A DNA stretch of 64,000 bases from a bacterium (GCA_021108295.1 JAIORF010000102.1:295963-359962); one strand, 5' to 3'. Shown: positions 10,464 through 21,407, counted from the first letter of the stretch. Notes: generated by a model not told the origin, from the letters alone. Translations and numbers: made by a program.

Positions 10464-11095
10464 TCCACACTCTTCTCCTTCGTACTACGCATAATCTGAA
10501 AAAGGATATATGCAACTACCACAACAATACCCGTAACAATCACAACGTTCTCATACTTTGATAACCATACACCCACCAACTCCCATCTCTCTCCCAACAA
10601 ATATCCAGCACCTGCTAGAAGTGCTGACCAAATAGTACTCCCAAGAAGTGTATATATGGAGAATTTAAGAAACGGAGTCTTCGCTACACCCGCCGGAAAA
10701 GATATAACCGTTCTAATAATAGGCATCAATCTCCCGAAAAATATAATACCACTTCCATACCTCTCAAATACTTCAAAACCCTTCTTCACATCTCTCTCTT
10801 GAATAAAGAGGTACTTACCGTACTTCTTAAGAGATCTGTTTACAAAGTCCTCTCCCCAAACTCCTAGAAAGTAGAAAGGTAATGAACCAAGATATGCACA
10901 AACAGAAGCGACAAGAATCGAAATGATAAGTACCTGATCCGTCCTAGAGGCTACAAAACCTGCAAAGGGAAGTATCAATTCACTAGGGATAGGGGCAAAG
11001 AAACTCTCAATGAACATCGCAAGACCAACTCCTAAATACCCTGTTGATTCGATAAGACTGGTAAGCCAAACAACAATATTCTCAATCATAATCAT
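10460..11095 (-). CDS. DedA/SNARE-associated family membrane protein
   Basis: FIESFFAPIPSELILPFAGF motif with multiple TM helices. Confidence 0.75.
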   Translation of the reverse strand: MIMIENIVVWLTSLIESTGYLGVGLAMFIESFFAPIPSELILPFAGFVASRTDQVLIISILVASVCAYLGSLPFYFLGVWGEDFVNRSLKKYGKYLFIQERDVKKGFEVFERYGSGIIFFGRLMPIIRTVISFPAGVAKTPFLKFSIYTLLGSTIWSALLAGAGYLLGERWELVGVWLSKYENVVIVTGIVVVVAYILFQIMRSTKEKSVD

Positions 11096-11108
11096 ATACT
11101 TAAAATTA

Positions 11109-11633
11109 CTAGAGATATTGTACCATACTATACCCCACCTCTATCTCATTCTCCTGACAAAAACCAGCATTGACTTCCAAAACATATCGATAAAAACTCT
11201 TGGAATATATTTGAGAACAATATGTAGAATCACACGGTTGCTCATCAGCCTTAATATCTACAATATAGCTTTGAGAATCAACAAAGATAATATCAATTGG
11301 TATTAACATATCCTTCATCCAAAAAGGATTCTTCACATCCTCTTCAAACACAAACAACATACCATCATAGTCACCCAAATATCTTCTAAAAGACAACCCC
11401 TCTGCCCTACTACTCTCTGTATCTACAACTTCAACATTAACTCTTATCCTAAGCCCATTAGGAACATATATTTCCAAATACTCCCCAGTATCCTCTTTTA
11501 CCTCCTCACTCTCTTCACTTTCACTACCCAGATTTATCAACTTCACATCAAACAAATCAAATTTCTCTTGAACAAGAATAAAAATCCCTACTATTACCCC
11601 AATATATATCAAAAGTTTAAGATGATTACTCAT
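11109..11633 (-). CDS. DUF192 (COG1430) domain protein with N-terminal TM
   Basis: GLSFRRYLGDYDGMLFVF...FWMKDMLIPIDIIFVD matches the DUF192 consensus. Confidence 0.6.
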   Translation of the reverse strand: MSNHLKLLIYIGVIVGIFILVQEKFDLFDVKLINLGSESEESEEVKEDTGEYLEIYVPNGLRIRVNVEVVDTESSRAEGLSFRRYLGDYDGMLFVFEEDVKNPFWMKDMLIPIDIIFVDSQSYIVDIKADEQPCDSTYCSQIYSKSFYRYVLEVNAGFCQENEIEVGYSMVQYL

Positions 11634-11656
11634 TTATCCATGATATACTCTAATAT

Positions 11657-12688
11657 ATGAAAAAGAAAGTATATATAGGATTCTCAGGGGGAGTAGATAG
11701 TTCAATTTCTGCATTCCTCTTAACAAAGAAATATGATGTAACTGCAGTAATGTTTAAAAACACACACAATGAGCAGTGTAACAAAGTAGCAGAGCAAGAG
11801 GCTAAAGCCATTACAAAGCATATTGGTATTCCACTTAAGATTGTTGATTTGCAAGAAGATTTTAAAATGAGTGTAATCTCCCCTTTTACAAAATCATACA
11901 AAGAAGGAAAAACTCCAAATCCATGTGTTAATTGTAACATTAAATTCAAATTTGGTATCTTTGCTAACTGGTGCTTTGATAATGGTGCAGACCTAATCGC
12001 TACTGGCCACTACTGTAAAACTCGCAATGGGAAATTGTACAAAGGAAGAGATCGTGAAAAGGATCAATCCTATTTCCTCAGTGGCATATCAGAGGATATC
12101 TTAAGAAAAACCCTCTTTCCCATTGGTAATATGACTAAGGAGATGGTACGAAAGAAGGCCAGAAGAATATCTCTGCCAAATATGAGTAGAAAGGACAGTC
12201 AAGAGGTATGTTTCATAGATAGCTCTCTTAGTGAGTATCTTGATGAGCATATTGTAAGCAAGGAGGGAGACATTGTAGATATTGATACACAAAAGGTTGT
12301 AGGTAAACACAAGGGTATTCATTCACTTACTTTAGGACAGAGGAGGGGTATCTTAGTAGGTGGTAGTGATTTGCCTTACTTTGTAGCTAGGAAGGATATC
12401 TCTACCAATATTATATTTGTAGCAAAGGGTAAGTACAATCCATATCTTTGGAAGGACACTTTTATTCTAAAAGATTTTAGTTTTATAAACAAAGAGAATA
12501 TTAATATTACAAAGGGCTTAACAGGAGTAGTGAGGTATAGGGCAAGGGGTAGTAAGTGTAGTGTAGATTGGAGTAGTAAAACAATTGTTTTTAAAGAAAA
12601 GGTTTGGACACCCTCTATTGGACAAAGTTTAGTACTTTACAAGAGACAGGAGTGTATTGGAGGTGGGGTGATTAGAAAGATTAAATAA
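11657..12688 (+). CDS. mnmA: tRNA-specific 2-thiouridylase MnmA
   Basis: PP-loop SGGVDSS, conserved Cys residues, DQSYFL motif. Confidence 0.85.
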   Translation: MKKKVYIGFSGGVDSSISAFLLTKKYDVTAVMFKNTHNEQCNKVAEQEAKAITKHIGIPLKIVDLQEDFKMSVISPFTKSYKEGKTPNPCVNCNIKFKFGIFANWCFDNGADLIATGHYCKTRNGKLYKGRDREKDQSYFLSGISEDILRKTLFPIGNMTKEMVRKKARRISLPNMSRKDSQEVCFIDSSLSEYLDEHIVSKEGDIVDIDTQKVVGKHKGIHSLTLGQRRGILVGGSDLPYFVARKDISTNIIFVAKGKYNPYLWKDTFILKDFSFINKENINITKGLTGVVRYRARGSKCSVDWSSKTIVFKEKVWTPSIGQSLVLYKRQECIGGGVIRKIK

Positions 12689-12725
12689 TTCATGTATAAT
12701 AATAATAAATTGATTAGTAAATATA

Positions 12726-13133
12726 ATGATTAACAATACACATGATAAAGTTATTTTAGTAGATGCAATCAATACTTTGGTAGATGAAGATACTGGGATA
12801 TTCCAAGAGATGTATGAATTACTAGAAAAGTATCCTAATAACAAAATTATTCTAACCGGAGCGAACCAAGAACAAATAGAAGAATTTGGACTTAATGATA
12901 TGCCATATGAAGTTTTTACTTTAATGCATGTTCCAGAAAAGACAGACCCACAATATTATATAAAGATGCTAGAGAAATTTGAGCTACAGGTTGAAGACGT
13001 TATCTATTTCGAGCATAATTCTGATGCATGCAAAAGTGCTGAAAGTATCGGTATTAAAACTATGTTTTACGATAGTGATAAAAAAGACTTGACTAAGTTA
13101 ACTCAATTTCTAAAAGAAAATATATTCATTTGA
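12726..13133 (+). CDS. HAD-superfamily hydrolase-like small protein (putative)
   Basis: VILVDAINTLV start and overall HAD-like layout. Motifs are weak. Confidence 0.35.
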   Translation: MINNTHDKVILVDAINTLVDEDTGIFQEMYELLEKYPNNKIILTGANQEQIEEFGLNDMPYEVFTLMHVPEKTDPQYYIKMLEKFELQVEDVIYFEHNSDACKSAESIGIKTMFYDSDKKDLTKLTQFLKENIFI

Positions 13134-13224
13134 TTTACTAGCTCAAAAATTTTCAAAAACCCCACCTAGACCCTCTCTCTCGTTGATGATATAATGCTTT
13201 GCCCTAAACTTTTAAAAGATATTC

Positions 13225-15435
13225 ATGCAAGATTTTAAAAAATATCTCAACCCTTTCTACAAGGACATAAAACAAGTACAGGACTTCTCAGATGTAGTAT
13301 TCAAAGACGACCTTGAGAAAAAGGAATACCCATATCTAGAAAACATTACAAAAATCAATGTAAAAAGCATTGAATGGCTACTCCCAAGACTAGATCAACT
13401 AACACAAGAACTAGAAGACCAAATCCAAATTGTAGAACAAGAGACAGGAGACGACGCAGCAGCCGCAAAAAGTATATACAACCAAATACTCCAAGAAATA
13501 CAAACAACAGTAGACCGGATTAATAGGGATTTGATAAAAGTAGACTCCCCATACTTCGGTAAAATCATATTCACTCCAGAAGACACTCGAACTAAGAAAG
13601 ATATGGACATTTACATAGGGAAATTCGCAATTACAGATGAAAACTCTCGTGTACCCCTAGTTGTAGACTGGAGAGCCCCCATCGCAAACCTCTACTACCA
13701 AAACAGTGGACCAACCAAAAAGGTGCACTTCCAAGCCCCCGTAGGGAAAAGGGAGGGAGAACTAAAAGAAAAAAGACAATTTGAAATATCAAGAACAAGA
13801 ATACAAAACATTTACAACGCAAAAACAGGTAACACTGCAGCGGACGCATTCCTACTCAGTCAACTCGACAGTAGAATCGGTAAAAAACTAGCAGACATTG
13901 TATCTACCATACAAGCACAACAAAATGAGATAATAAGGGAAGAAATAAACAAACCTGTGATAATACAAGGAGTAGCAGGAAGTGGTAAAACCACAATACT
14001 CCTCCATAGACTCGCATACCTCTTCTTTAACTACAAAGATAAGATTCTACCTGAAAAATCCCTAATCGTAGCCCCCAACCGAATGTTTCTAGACTACATC
14101 TCAGATGTACTACCAAATCTAGGAGTACACGGTGTCAACACCCTCACATACCTCTTCTGGGGGAAGAAAGTACTTAATTGGGATAATAGATTTAGCGTGT
14201 CCACCGAAAAAATAAACATCGAACACAAAGAATACAAAGGCTCTACCAAATTCCTCAAATTCCTTGATACATACTTTAATGACTTTGAAGAAAGTCTACT
14301 AGAAAACATCCCCTACTCTAGATCTGACATAATCTCAAGACGATACTTCGAACTCAAAGAAAGCTTCCCACACATCTCTATGAAAGAGCGCCTCAACCTT
14401 GCAATTGACTACGCATTTGCACAAAACCAATTTAAAACCAAACAAACAGGCTCCTACGACAACAGTTTAAATATACAAAACGAAAAGAAGAAGAAGATCC
14501 TTGCATACATGAAGAGAAATCTTAACCCTTACCGACTATACAAAGAAATCTTCACCAAGAAACTCATACCAAAAGACATATGCAAATACACACTCACTGG
14601 ACTTAGATACAAAAATGCTCACAGATACTTCAGGACAGAAGACCTTGCTCCAATCGTATACCTACAACTCAAAATTCAAGGGACTAGAGACTTCGAGCAA
14701 GAATACATTGTAATAGATGAATGCCAGGACCTCTCACACATTGAAATAGCAACATTAGCAAGTATTGCAAAAAATGGGAACATCACCCTAGCAGGAGATC
14801 TAGCACAATCCATAATACCACCCTTCTACATTAGAGATTGGGACACCGTCAAAAACCTCATTAAAGACATGGGACATACCGACATCAGTTACCATGAACT
14901 TAATAGGTGCTACCGTACTACAATAGAGATTATAGAATTCGCAAACAAAATATTTAGAGACAGATTCCCAAAAAGCTACAAACTACCTGAAGCAGTACTA
15001 CGACACGGAGACCCAATTAGAGATATCTCACTTACCAAAGAGCTTAAAGATGTTGGGAAAGACGAACTTAAAACCTTCCTCTCTACTATCCAACAAGAAT
15101 TTGAGAATGGAGCGACTACATGCGCTCTAGTATGCAAAGATAAACAACATGCAAGGGCAGTATATGAAAAAATCAAACCTTTTGAGGATGTAATAGGGAG
15201 AGAGGTTACAGACTTCTCTGAAAATGATTACCACAGTGGCTTACTTGTACTCCCAATATCTCGAGCTAAAGGGTTAGAATTTGATACTGTAGTAATACTA
15301 GATTTAAACGAAGAGAAATACCCAGATACAGAATACAACACCAGACTCCTCTACGTAGCGATAACTAGAACACTACATAGATTAATAATTGTAAAGAATA
15401 AAAACATCAAAGACTCTCCACTTCTAGATACCTAA
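13225..15435 (+). CDS. UvrD-like SF1 helicase, HelD (helicase IV)-like
   Basis: N-terminal VVDWRAPIANLYY motif (HelD-type). Walker A GVAGSGKTT, DECQDLS, LLYVAITRTLHRL. Confidence 0.75.
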   Translation: MQDFKKYLNPFYKDIKQVQDFSDVVFKDDLEKKEYPYLENITKINVKSIEWLLPRLDQLTQELEDQIQIVEQETGDDAAAAKSIYNQILQEIQTTVDRINRDLIKVDSPYFGKIIFTPEDTRTKKDMDIYIGKFAITDENSRVPLVVDWRAPIANLYYQNSGPTKKVHFQAPVGKREGELKEKRQFEISRTRIQNIYNAKTGNTAADAFLLSQLDSRIGKKLADIVSTIQAQQNEIIREEINKPVIIQGVAGSGKTTILLHRLAYLFFNYKDKILPEKSLIVAPNRMFLDYISDVLPNLGVHGVNTLTYLFWGKKVLNWDNRFSVSTEKINIEHKEYKGSTKFLKFLDTYFNDFEESLLENIPYSRSDIISRRYFELKESFPHISMKERLNLAIDYAFAQNQFKTKQTGSYDNSLNIQNEKKKKILAYMKRNLNPYRLYKEIFTKKLIPKDICKYTLTGLRYKNAHRYFRTEDLAPIVYLQLKIQGTRDFEQEYIVIDECQDLSHIEIATLASIAKNGNITLAGDLAQSIIPPFYIRDWDTVKNLIKDMGHTDISYHELNRCYRTTIEIIEFANKIFRDRFPKSYKLPEAVLRHGDPIRDISLTKELKDVGKDELKTFLSTIQQEFENGATTCALVCKDKQHARAVYEKIKPFEDVIGREVTDFSENDYHSGLLVLPISRAKGLEFDTVVILDLNEEKYPDTEYNTRLLYVAITRTLHRLIIVKNKNIKDSPLLDT

Positions 15436-15459
15436 TATTTCTGATACACTGTACACAGT

Positions 15460-16065
15460 ATGAAATCCATTAAGAAAAACTTCTTTGACACGCTATCTAT
15501 CACTGGATCTACACTCTTTAGCTCACCTGTAATAACTACAACACTCACAATATTGATAATTACCAAAATTACATACCCCAGTCTCATTCTCTCCTTTTTC
15601 TTCTTCTATGTATTTACTCCAGTACTAACATACTCCTACCTTAGAGGGATAGGACTCATCACTGATAAAAAGTTTGATTTCAATATTAGAAAAAGAGAAG
15701 AAAGAACTCCTTACAATATAATCCTACTACTTGGATTTCTTACAAACTACATACTAATAAATATGTACCATATCCCAGTAGTTACAGAAATAGCCTTACT
15801 CATACTAATATCCTTCTTAGCATATTCTCTAATCTCTACCTTCTGGAAGATAAGTGGACATATGACACAAACAGTACTTACCATTACCACTCTAGCATAC
15901 CTCTTCCCTAATCAAAGCATATACATCTTACTAATCGGATACCTACTCTTCATCCCATGGGTGGGTTGGTCTAGAGTATATGACAAGCATCACAATATCT
16001 ACCAAGTAATAGCTGGAACGTTGGTTACCTCCCTTCTAGCTTTCATTGTTTTCACAATTCTCTAA
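15460..16065 (+). CDS. PAP2-superfamily membrane phosphatase-like protein (putative)
   Basis: Polytopic membrane protein with SGH and SRVYDKHHNIYQVIAG, PAP2 motifs 2 and 3 with D>Q. Confidence 0.4.
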   Translation: MKSIKKNFFDTLSITGSTLFSSPVITTTLTILIITKITYPSLILSFFFFYVFTPVLTYSYLRGIGLITDKKFDFNIRKREERTPYNIILLLGFLTNYILINMYHIPVVTEIALLILISFLAYSLISTFWKISGHMTQTVLTITTLAYLFPNQSIYILLIGYLLFIPWVGWSRVYDKHHNIYQVIAGTLVTSLLAFIVFTIL

Positions 16066-16085
16066 AGATTTGATAGAATACTCAT

Positions 16086-17513
16086 ATGGAAAACTTTAGC
16101 ATTGTACAAATTAGAAAGAAATTACTTAGTAAAGATTTAAGTGCAACAGAAGTTGTAAAGTATTACCTTAGTCAGATAGGGAAGAAGGATAAGGACTTAA
16201 ATGCATATATAACGGTATGCGAGGGAGATTCTCTTAAACAAGCAAAGGAGTTCGATGACAACTTTGAAGTAGAGAGTAAGAAGAAGATGAGTGGTATACC
16301 AATTGCAGTTAAAGATATATTTAGTACAAAGGGTGTACTTACTACTGCTGCATCTCATATCTTAGACGGCTACAAGCCAGTATATGATTCTACTGTAATA
16401 AAGAGATTGAAGGATGAGGGTATGATACTACTTGGTAAGACAAACCTAGACCAGTTCTGCCATGGTTCTTCTACAGTTACCTCTTACTACGGTCCTACTA
16501 GAAACCCACATGATTTAACTAAACTACCTGGTGGTAGTAGTGGTGGTAGTAGTGCTGCTACTGCAGCAGATATGTGTGCAGGAGCATTGGGTACTGAGAC
16601 TGCAGGCTCTATTAGACTCCCTGCTTCTTGGTGTGGTGTAGTTGGTCTTAAGCCTACATATGGGAGAGTTCCTAGATACGGTGTACTGGCAATGGGTTCT
16701 TCACTGGACAGTCCTGGTTCTCTTACTAAGAGCGTAGAGGATAGTGCGTATTTATTATCCATTATGGCTGGGTATGATCCTCATGATTTTACTTCGTACA
16801 AGGATCCTATCCCCAACTACTTTGAGAATCTGAGTATGGATAGTGTCAAGGGTATGAGGTTAGCTATACCCAAGGAGTATTTAGAATTAGAACTTACAGA
16901 TGGAGTAAGAGAGAACTTTGATAAGTCAGTAAAGATTTTAAAGTCTCTTGGAGCAGAGATAGAGGAGATTAGTATTATGGATCCTAAGTTCTCTATGGCA
17001 GTTTACACAATTACTTGTAGGAGTGAAGTATCCTCCAATCTTGCTAGGTACGATGGTACTAGATTTGGTCTAGAGGGGAGTAAGAATGAGAGCGTAAGAG
17101 AATATTTCGAGTCAACAAGGGGTGAGGGATTTGGTGAAGAGCCTAAGCGTAGGGTTATGACTGGTACTTTCTCCCTCTCTGCTGGTTATGCTGATGACTA
17201 TTTCAAGAAGTCAGAGCAGGTTAGGGAATTAATTAGGGAGGATTTCAGTAAGGTGTTTAAGAAGTTTGATGCAATTGTAGCTCCTTCTACTCCTTCTACA
17301 GCACTTAGTGATAAAGATGCGGACAATCCGTTGTTTGGAGAGATAGCAGATATATTAGCAGAGGGTAGTTCAGAGGCTGGTCTACCGGGTATTAGTATTC
17401 CTAATGGTTTGGAGGATGGTATGCCTACTGGTATACAGTTCATTAGTAATCACTTAGAAGAACAGAAGATATTGGATTTAGGGTATGGGTTGGAGAAAGG
17501 GTTGGAGGGTTAG
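16086..17513 (+). CDS. gatA: Asp-tRNA(Asn)/Glu-tRNA(Gln) amidotransferase subunit A
   Basis: Amidase signature GGSSGGSSAATAA...GTETAGSIRLPAS. Confidence 0.9.
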   Translation: MENFSIVQIRKKLLSKDLSATEVVKYYLSQIGKKDKDLNAYITVCEGDSLKQAKEFDDNFEVESKKKMSGIPIAVKDIFSTKGVLTTAASHILDGYKPVYDSTVIKRLKDEGMILLGKTNLDQFCHGSSTVTSYYGPTRNPHDLTKLPGGSSGGSSAATAADMCAGALGTETAGSIRLPASWCGVVGLKPTYGRVPRYGVLAMGSSLDSPGSLTKSVEDSAYLLSIMAGYDPHDFTSYKDPIPNYFENLSMDSVKGMRLAIPKEYLELELTDGVRENFDKSVKILKSLGAEIEEISIMDPKFSMAVYTITCRSEVSSNLARYDGTRFGLEGSKNESVREYFESTRGEGFGEEPKRRVMTGTFSLSAGYADDYFKKSEQVRELIREDFSKVFKKFDAIVAPSTPSTALSDKDADNPLFGEIADILAEGSSEAGLPGISIPNGLEDGMPTGIQFISNHLEEQKILDLGYGLEKGLEG

Positions 17514-17584
17514 AGGATGAAACTGAGGAAAAGGAAAATATTGATGAAGTAACAAAATGGTGGACGTGTTAAATAGAATGGAAT

Positions 17585-18529
17585 TTAAAAATCACATCCC
17601 TCTTTCTCTAGATATCTAATAAACTCACTGGTAAGACTCTCCAGAAACACGTCTGATTTAACTGGTTTATCAATATAGCTTAATATTCTATCTTTAAAAT
17701 GCTTAACTCCCATCCACAAATTTGCGAAATGATTAAATCCTGAATTATCATTTTTTGTCCAATAATCTATTTTTTTATCAATATCATCATTTACTAAATA
17801 TGTGTTTGAAAGCGTACAAATAACAACTTCATCTAGAAATTGATCAGCATTATCTCTGCTAAAACCCTTAAGAGGTTTCAACAATTCAGGATTAATCTTT
17901 CTAAATATTGGCTGGAAGGTTCTTCTAGGTCTTAATGCAATATGTAAAGCTTCATGATAGATAGTAATTATTCTATTCAAATCTATAACTACTTCGGGAT
18001 GAACCTCTGTGAAAGCTCCATCTCCGTTACTACCGCCCTGCACCATCTTTGGGTCTGGTGAATGAGGAAGATAACAAATAATGTCTTCATCTAATCCTTC
18101 TGTAAAAACTGTCTTATATGTATTAATTACAAACGAAAACTTATCTGAAATTGCTTCACTCTTCCTAGCGATATCACTTATTAGTGGCTTAACACTAGAG
18201 GTAACTTTCGTTAACAAGTCTTTCATAACAATTCCATCTCTACTCTTTAAAAGCTCAAACTTTCTAATATAAGGTAATAAATTGGAATACTTAGATCCAG
18301 AAGAGAAACCATTATATGCCCATTCAAAGAGTTCTGTCTCGGCACTAAATCCAAATTCCTTTCTTATATCTGCATACTTAATAAGTAATTCTTCAACTTT
18401 TGCATTTACCTCAAACTCCTTTTCAAAATAGGTCCTGTGATGAGGAGAAATATATTCATTCCACTTCGAAACCGCGTCAATATGATGAAAAAGGATTGTA
18501 TCGTAGTTCGATTTGAAGGCAATATTCAT
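17585..18529 (-). CDS. hypothetical protein with HEXXH motif
   Basis: The annotated start at 18592 overlaps tRNA-Lys, so MNIAFKS... (ATG at 18527-18529) was chosen. Contains YHEALHIAL. Confidence 0.4.
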   Translation of the reverse strand: MNIAFKSNYDTILFHHIDAVSKWNEYISPHHRTYFEKEFEVNAKVEELLIKYADIRKEFGFSAETELFEWAYNGFSSGSKYSNLLPYIRKFELLKSRDGIVMKDLLTKVTSSVKPLISDIARKSEAISDKFSFVINTYKTVFTEGLDEDIICYLPHSPDPKMVQGGSNGDGAFTEVHPEVVIDLNRIITIYHEALHIALRPRRTFQPIFRKINPELLKPLKGFSRDNADQFLDEVVICTLSNTYLVNDDIDKKIDYWTKNDNSGFNHFANLWMGVKHFKDRILSYIDKPVKSDVFLESLTSEFIRYLEKEGCDF

Positions 18530-18561
18530 AAATAGATTATAGCACAGAGAAAATGCGATGT

Positions 18562-18638
18562 TGGTGAGCCGCCTGAGACTCGAACTCAGCACCTACTGCT
18601 TAAAAGGCAGTTGCTCTAACCGGATGAGCTAGCGGCCC
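18562..18638 (-). tRNA. tRNA-Lys (anticodon UUU)
   Basis: GGGCCGC...ACTGC-CTTTTAA-GCAGT...GCGGCTC-A-CCA. Confidence 0.85.
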
Positions 18639-18650
18639 GAAACTTGATGA

Positions 18651-19289
18651 TTATATCCCTTCTTCTACATATTTTGCAACCGGTTTGTAACTCCTCCTAT
18701 GTATATCACAAATACCATACCTCTCCATAGCCTCTATGTGCTTCTTAGTACCATAACCCACATGAGAATCAAAACCATACTCTGGATATTTTAAATGATA
18801 CTTCCCCATCACCCTATCCCTCTCTACCTTCGCTAATACAGAACCACAAGCAATGGAATAATGATTAAGATCACCCTCCTTAATCTTTAACATAGGGTAC
18901 TCGTTAATAAGCTCTACATTAAGACCATCTACGATAAGATAGCTAGCTTTACTACCAACCATATCCTCCACACCCCTTAGAGCAATACCCATGGCCATAA
19001 GCACAGCTTCCTGTATGCCCACCCTATCTATCTCCTTAGCACTAACCAAACCAATACCCCAACCCCATACACTCTCCTTAATTAAATCAAAAGCCTCCTC
19101 CCTTCTCTTCCTCGTCATCTTCTTACTATCCCTCACAATATCAACAATCTCAGAACTAGAATTAATAGCTACAGCCCCTGCACTAACAGGACCAGCAAAA
19201 GGTCCCCTCCCTGCCTCATCAATACCTACGACAACCCTGTAACCCTCACCCCAAAGTTTTTCCTCTAGTTTTGTATCTGGATATATCAT
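18651..19289 (-). CDS. rnhB: ribonuclease HII
   Basis: VVGIDEAGRGPFAGPVSAGAV motif. Confidence 0.9.
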   Translation of the reverse strand: MIYPDTKLEEKLWGEGYRVVVGIDEAGRGPFAGPVSAGAVAINSSSEIVDIVRDSKKMTRKRREEAFDLIKESVWGWGIGLVSAKEIDRVGIQEAVLMAMGIALRGVEDMVGSKASYLIVDGLNVELINEYPMLKIKEGDLNHYSIACGSVLAKVERDRVMGKYHLKYPEYGFDSHVGYGTKKHIEAMERYGICDIHRRSYKPVAKYVEEGI

Positions 19290-19344
19290 ATTAAAAATAT
19301 TGATTTTATGATAACATTATATCTTAACATTAACACCAATACTT

Positions 19345-20685
19345 ATGTCCACATACGATGTAGCCATTGTCGGTGCCGGTCCTGCAGGAATGTTCTGTGC
19401 ATACCAACTAATCAAGAAAAACAAAAATACTAAAATCGCCCTAATTGATATGGGAGACAGAATTAAGAACAGGAAACCAAACAATGTCATGAGCGGCATA
19501 GGAGGAGCAGGAACATTCTCAGACGGTAAACTACACTTCACAGCATATCTTTCTCACGAAAAAGCCCTACACTTAATCACTAAACAAAGATATCAGGAGA
19601 TATTAGATAGTATAGATGAAATCTTTACTAAGTTTGGTGTTAATTCTAAATATTTCCCAAATCACAACAAAGAATTAGAAAACCTACAAAAAGAAGCACA
19701 CATTAACGATGTAGAACTTGTAGTAAGAAAAACCAGACATGTAGGTAGTAACAAACTAAGAGCTGTGATAGCTAATATTGAAAAACACCTCCTTGATAAC
19801 GGTGTAGACATATTAGATAAAACTGAAATTGTTGACATATTGAAATCAAGAAATTCTATCAAGGGAGTCTTAACAAAAGATGGTAAGAAAATCGAAGCAA
19901 AAAGCGTACTACTTGCTCCAGGACGAGTAAGAGCTGCCTGGTTACAAGAACTTTGTAGTAAATACAAAATACCATACATCTACGACAAGGTAGAAGTAGG
20001 TGTACGAGTAGAATTCCCAGAAGAGATAATGAGACGACAAGCAGAAGCACTCTATGAAGTAGTGTACCGTATAAGGACTAAAACATACCATGATATTGTA
20101 AGAACCTTCTGTAGCTGTCCAAAGGGTAAGGTCTCTATCGAAGAATATGATGGATATCAATGTGTCAATGGATACTCCAATTCAAACCATGATTCCATTA
20201 ATTCCAACTTTGCATTTCTCTGCGAAGTTAACCTAACAGAGCCTGTTGAGAACTCAATTGCCTATGCCAAATCCATAGCAGAAGTAGCATCTACCATTGG
20301 AGGAAACAAACCATTGATTCAAACTCTAGCAGATCTGACGTCTGGAAGAAGAAGTACGTGGAAGAGAATATCAAAATCATTTATCAATCCATCTCTCACT
20401 GATGTCACACCAGGAGACATATCAATGGCACTACCTCATAGGATTGTCACTAACATTGTAGAAGGTTTAGAAATACTAGATCGTGTAATGCCTGGTATAA
20501 ACTCTGGCTCTACTCTACTTTACGCCCCAGAAGTTAAGTTCCGATCCTCAAAAGTAGAAACCAATAGTGGACTAGAAACATGTATTAAGAATCTGCATGT
20601 AGCAGGAGATGGAGCAGGAGTATCAGGTTCTATAACGGGGGCTGCAGTTACGGGTATCATGGCAGCTAATGGTATGAATGTTTAA
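19345..20685 (+). CDS. FAD-dependent oxidoreductase (COG2509-like uncharacterised dehydrogenase)
   Basis: N-terminal Rossmann motif DVAIVGAGPAGMFCA. Confidence 0.6.
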   Translation: MSTYDVAIVGAGPAGMFCAYQLIKKNKNTKIALIDMGDRIKNRKPNNVMSGIGGAGTFSDGKLHFTAYLSHEKALHLITKQRYQEILDSIDEIFTKFGVNSKYFPNHNKELENLQKEAHINDVELVVRKTRHVGSNKLRAVIANIEKHLLDNGVDILDKTEIVDILKSRNSIKGVLTKDGKKIEAKSVLLAPGRVRAAWLQELCSKYKIPYIYDKVEVGVRVEFPEEIMRRQAEALYEVVYRIRTKTYHDIVRTFCSCPKGKVSIEEYDGYQCVNGYSNSNHDSINSNFAFLCEVNLTEPVENSIAYAKSIAEVASTIGGNKPLIQTLADLTSGRRSTWKRISKSFINPSLTDVTPGDISMALPHRIVTNIVEGLEILDRVMPGINSGSTLLYAPEVKFRSSKVETNSGLETCIKNLHVAGDGAGVSGSITGAAVTGIMAANGMNV

Positions 20686-20715
20686 AACTAATCTCTACTA
20701 TGCTAACATATTGAT

Positions 20716-20970
20716 ATGAAGCAACTCATATTACTTTGTGCCCTAATGCTAGGAGTATTCATTACCCCACTCCATGCACAAGAAGATACAACCCCACAAC
20801 CTACCGTCCAAGAAGAAGTAGAGCTAGAAGAGACTACTAAGCTCTCTGAAGAGTTAGATATTGAGGAAAACAATTCGGACATTGGCTTCCTTACCATCCT
20901 TTTTGCAACACTTACTCCTACATTACTCATCGTAGTCACATACCTTGTCATCAAAATGAGCAGAGACTAG
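20716..20970 (+). CDS. small secreted acidic protein with C-terminal TM
   Basis: Signal peptide MKQLILLCALMLGVFITPLHA and C-terminal TM. Confidence 0.35.
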   Translation: MKQLILLCALMLGVFITPLHAQEDTTPQPTVQEEVELEETTKLSEELDIEENNSDIGFLTILFATLTPTLLIVVTYLVIKMSRD

Positions 20971-21034
20971 TCTTTCACATATCTCTTACCTATGCTACTA
21001 TATATCATATAGATAAATTAAGAATATTTTTAAT

Positions 21035-21397
21035 ATGGATAATAGTATAAGATCATTTTTCTCTGGTTTAGTATTTGGTGTAGCTGCTGGCGCAATTGCT
21101 GGTGTACTACTTGCTCCTAAGTCTGGAGTAGAGACAAGAGAGGATATAAAGAAGTTTGCAGTAGAGATGGGTGAGAAAGCAACTGCAGAGTACAACAATA
21201 TTAAGGCAGAGGTACAGAAGAGACTTGTAGTACTTAAAGCTGCAGGAGAGAAGATAGATTTAGATATCTACAAGAAGTTAGTAAATGAGGTAATCGATGA
21301 GTTTAAGAGCGATGGTTCTGTTACAGCAGATGTTGCTAAGAGACTTGGTACACAACTAAGTGGGGATTGGGATATGGTAAAGACTTCTTTGGTCTAA
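21035..21397 (+). CDS. YtxH-like (DUF948) protein
   Basis: GLVFGVAAGAIAGVLLAPKSGVETRED is typical of YtxH. Confidence 0.6.
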   Translation: MDNSIRSFFSGLVFGVAAGAIAGVLLAPKSGVETREDIKKFAVEMGEKATAEYNNIKAEVQKRLVVLKAAGEKIDLDIYKKLVNEVIDEFKSDGSVTADVAKRLGTQLSGDWDMVKTSLV

Positions 21398-21407
21398 ATA
21401 GATATTT

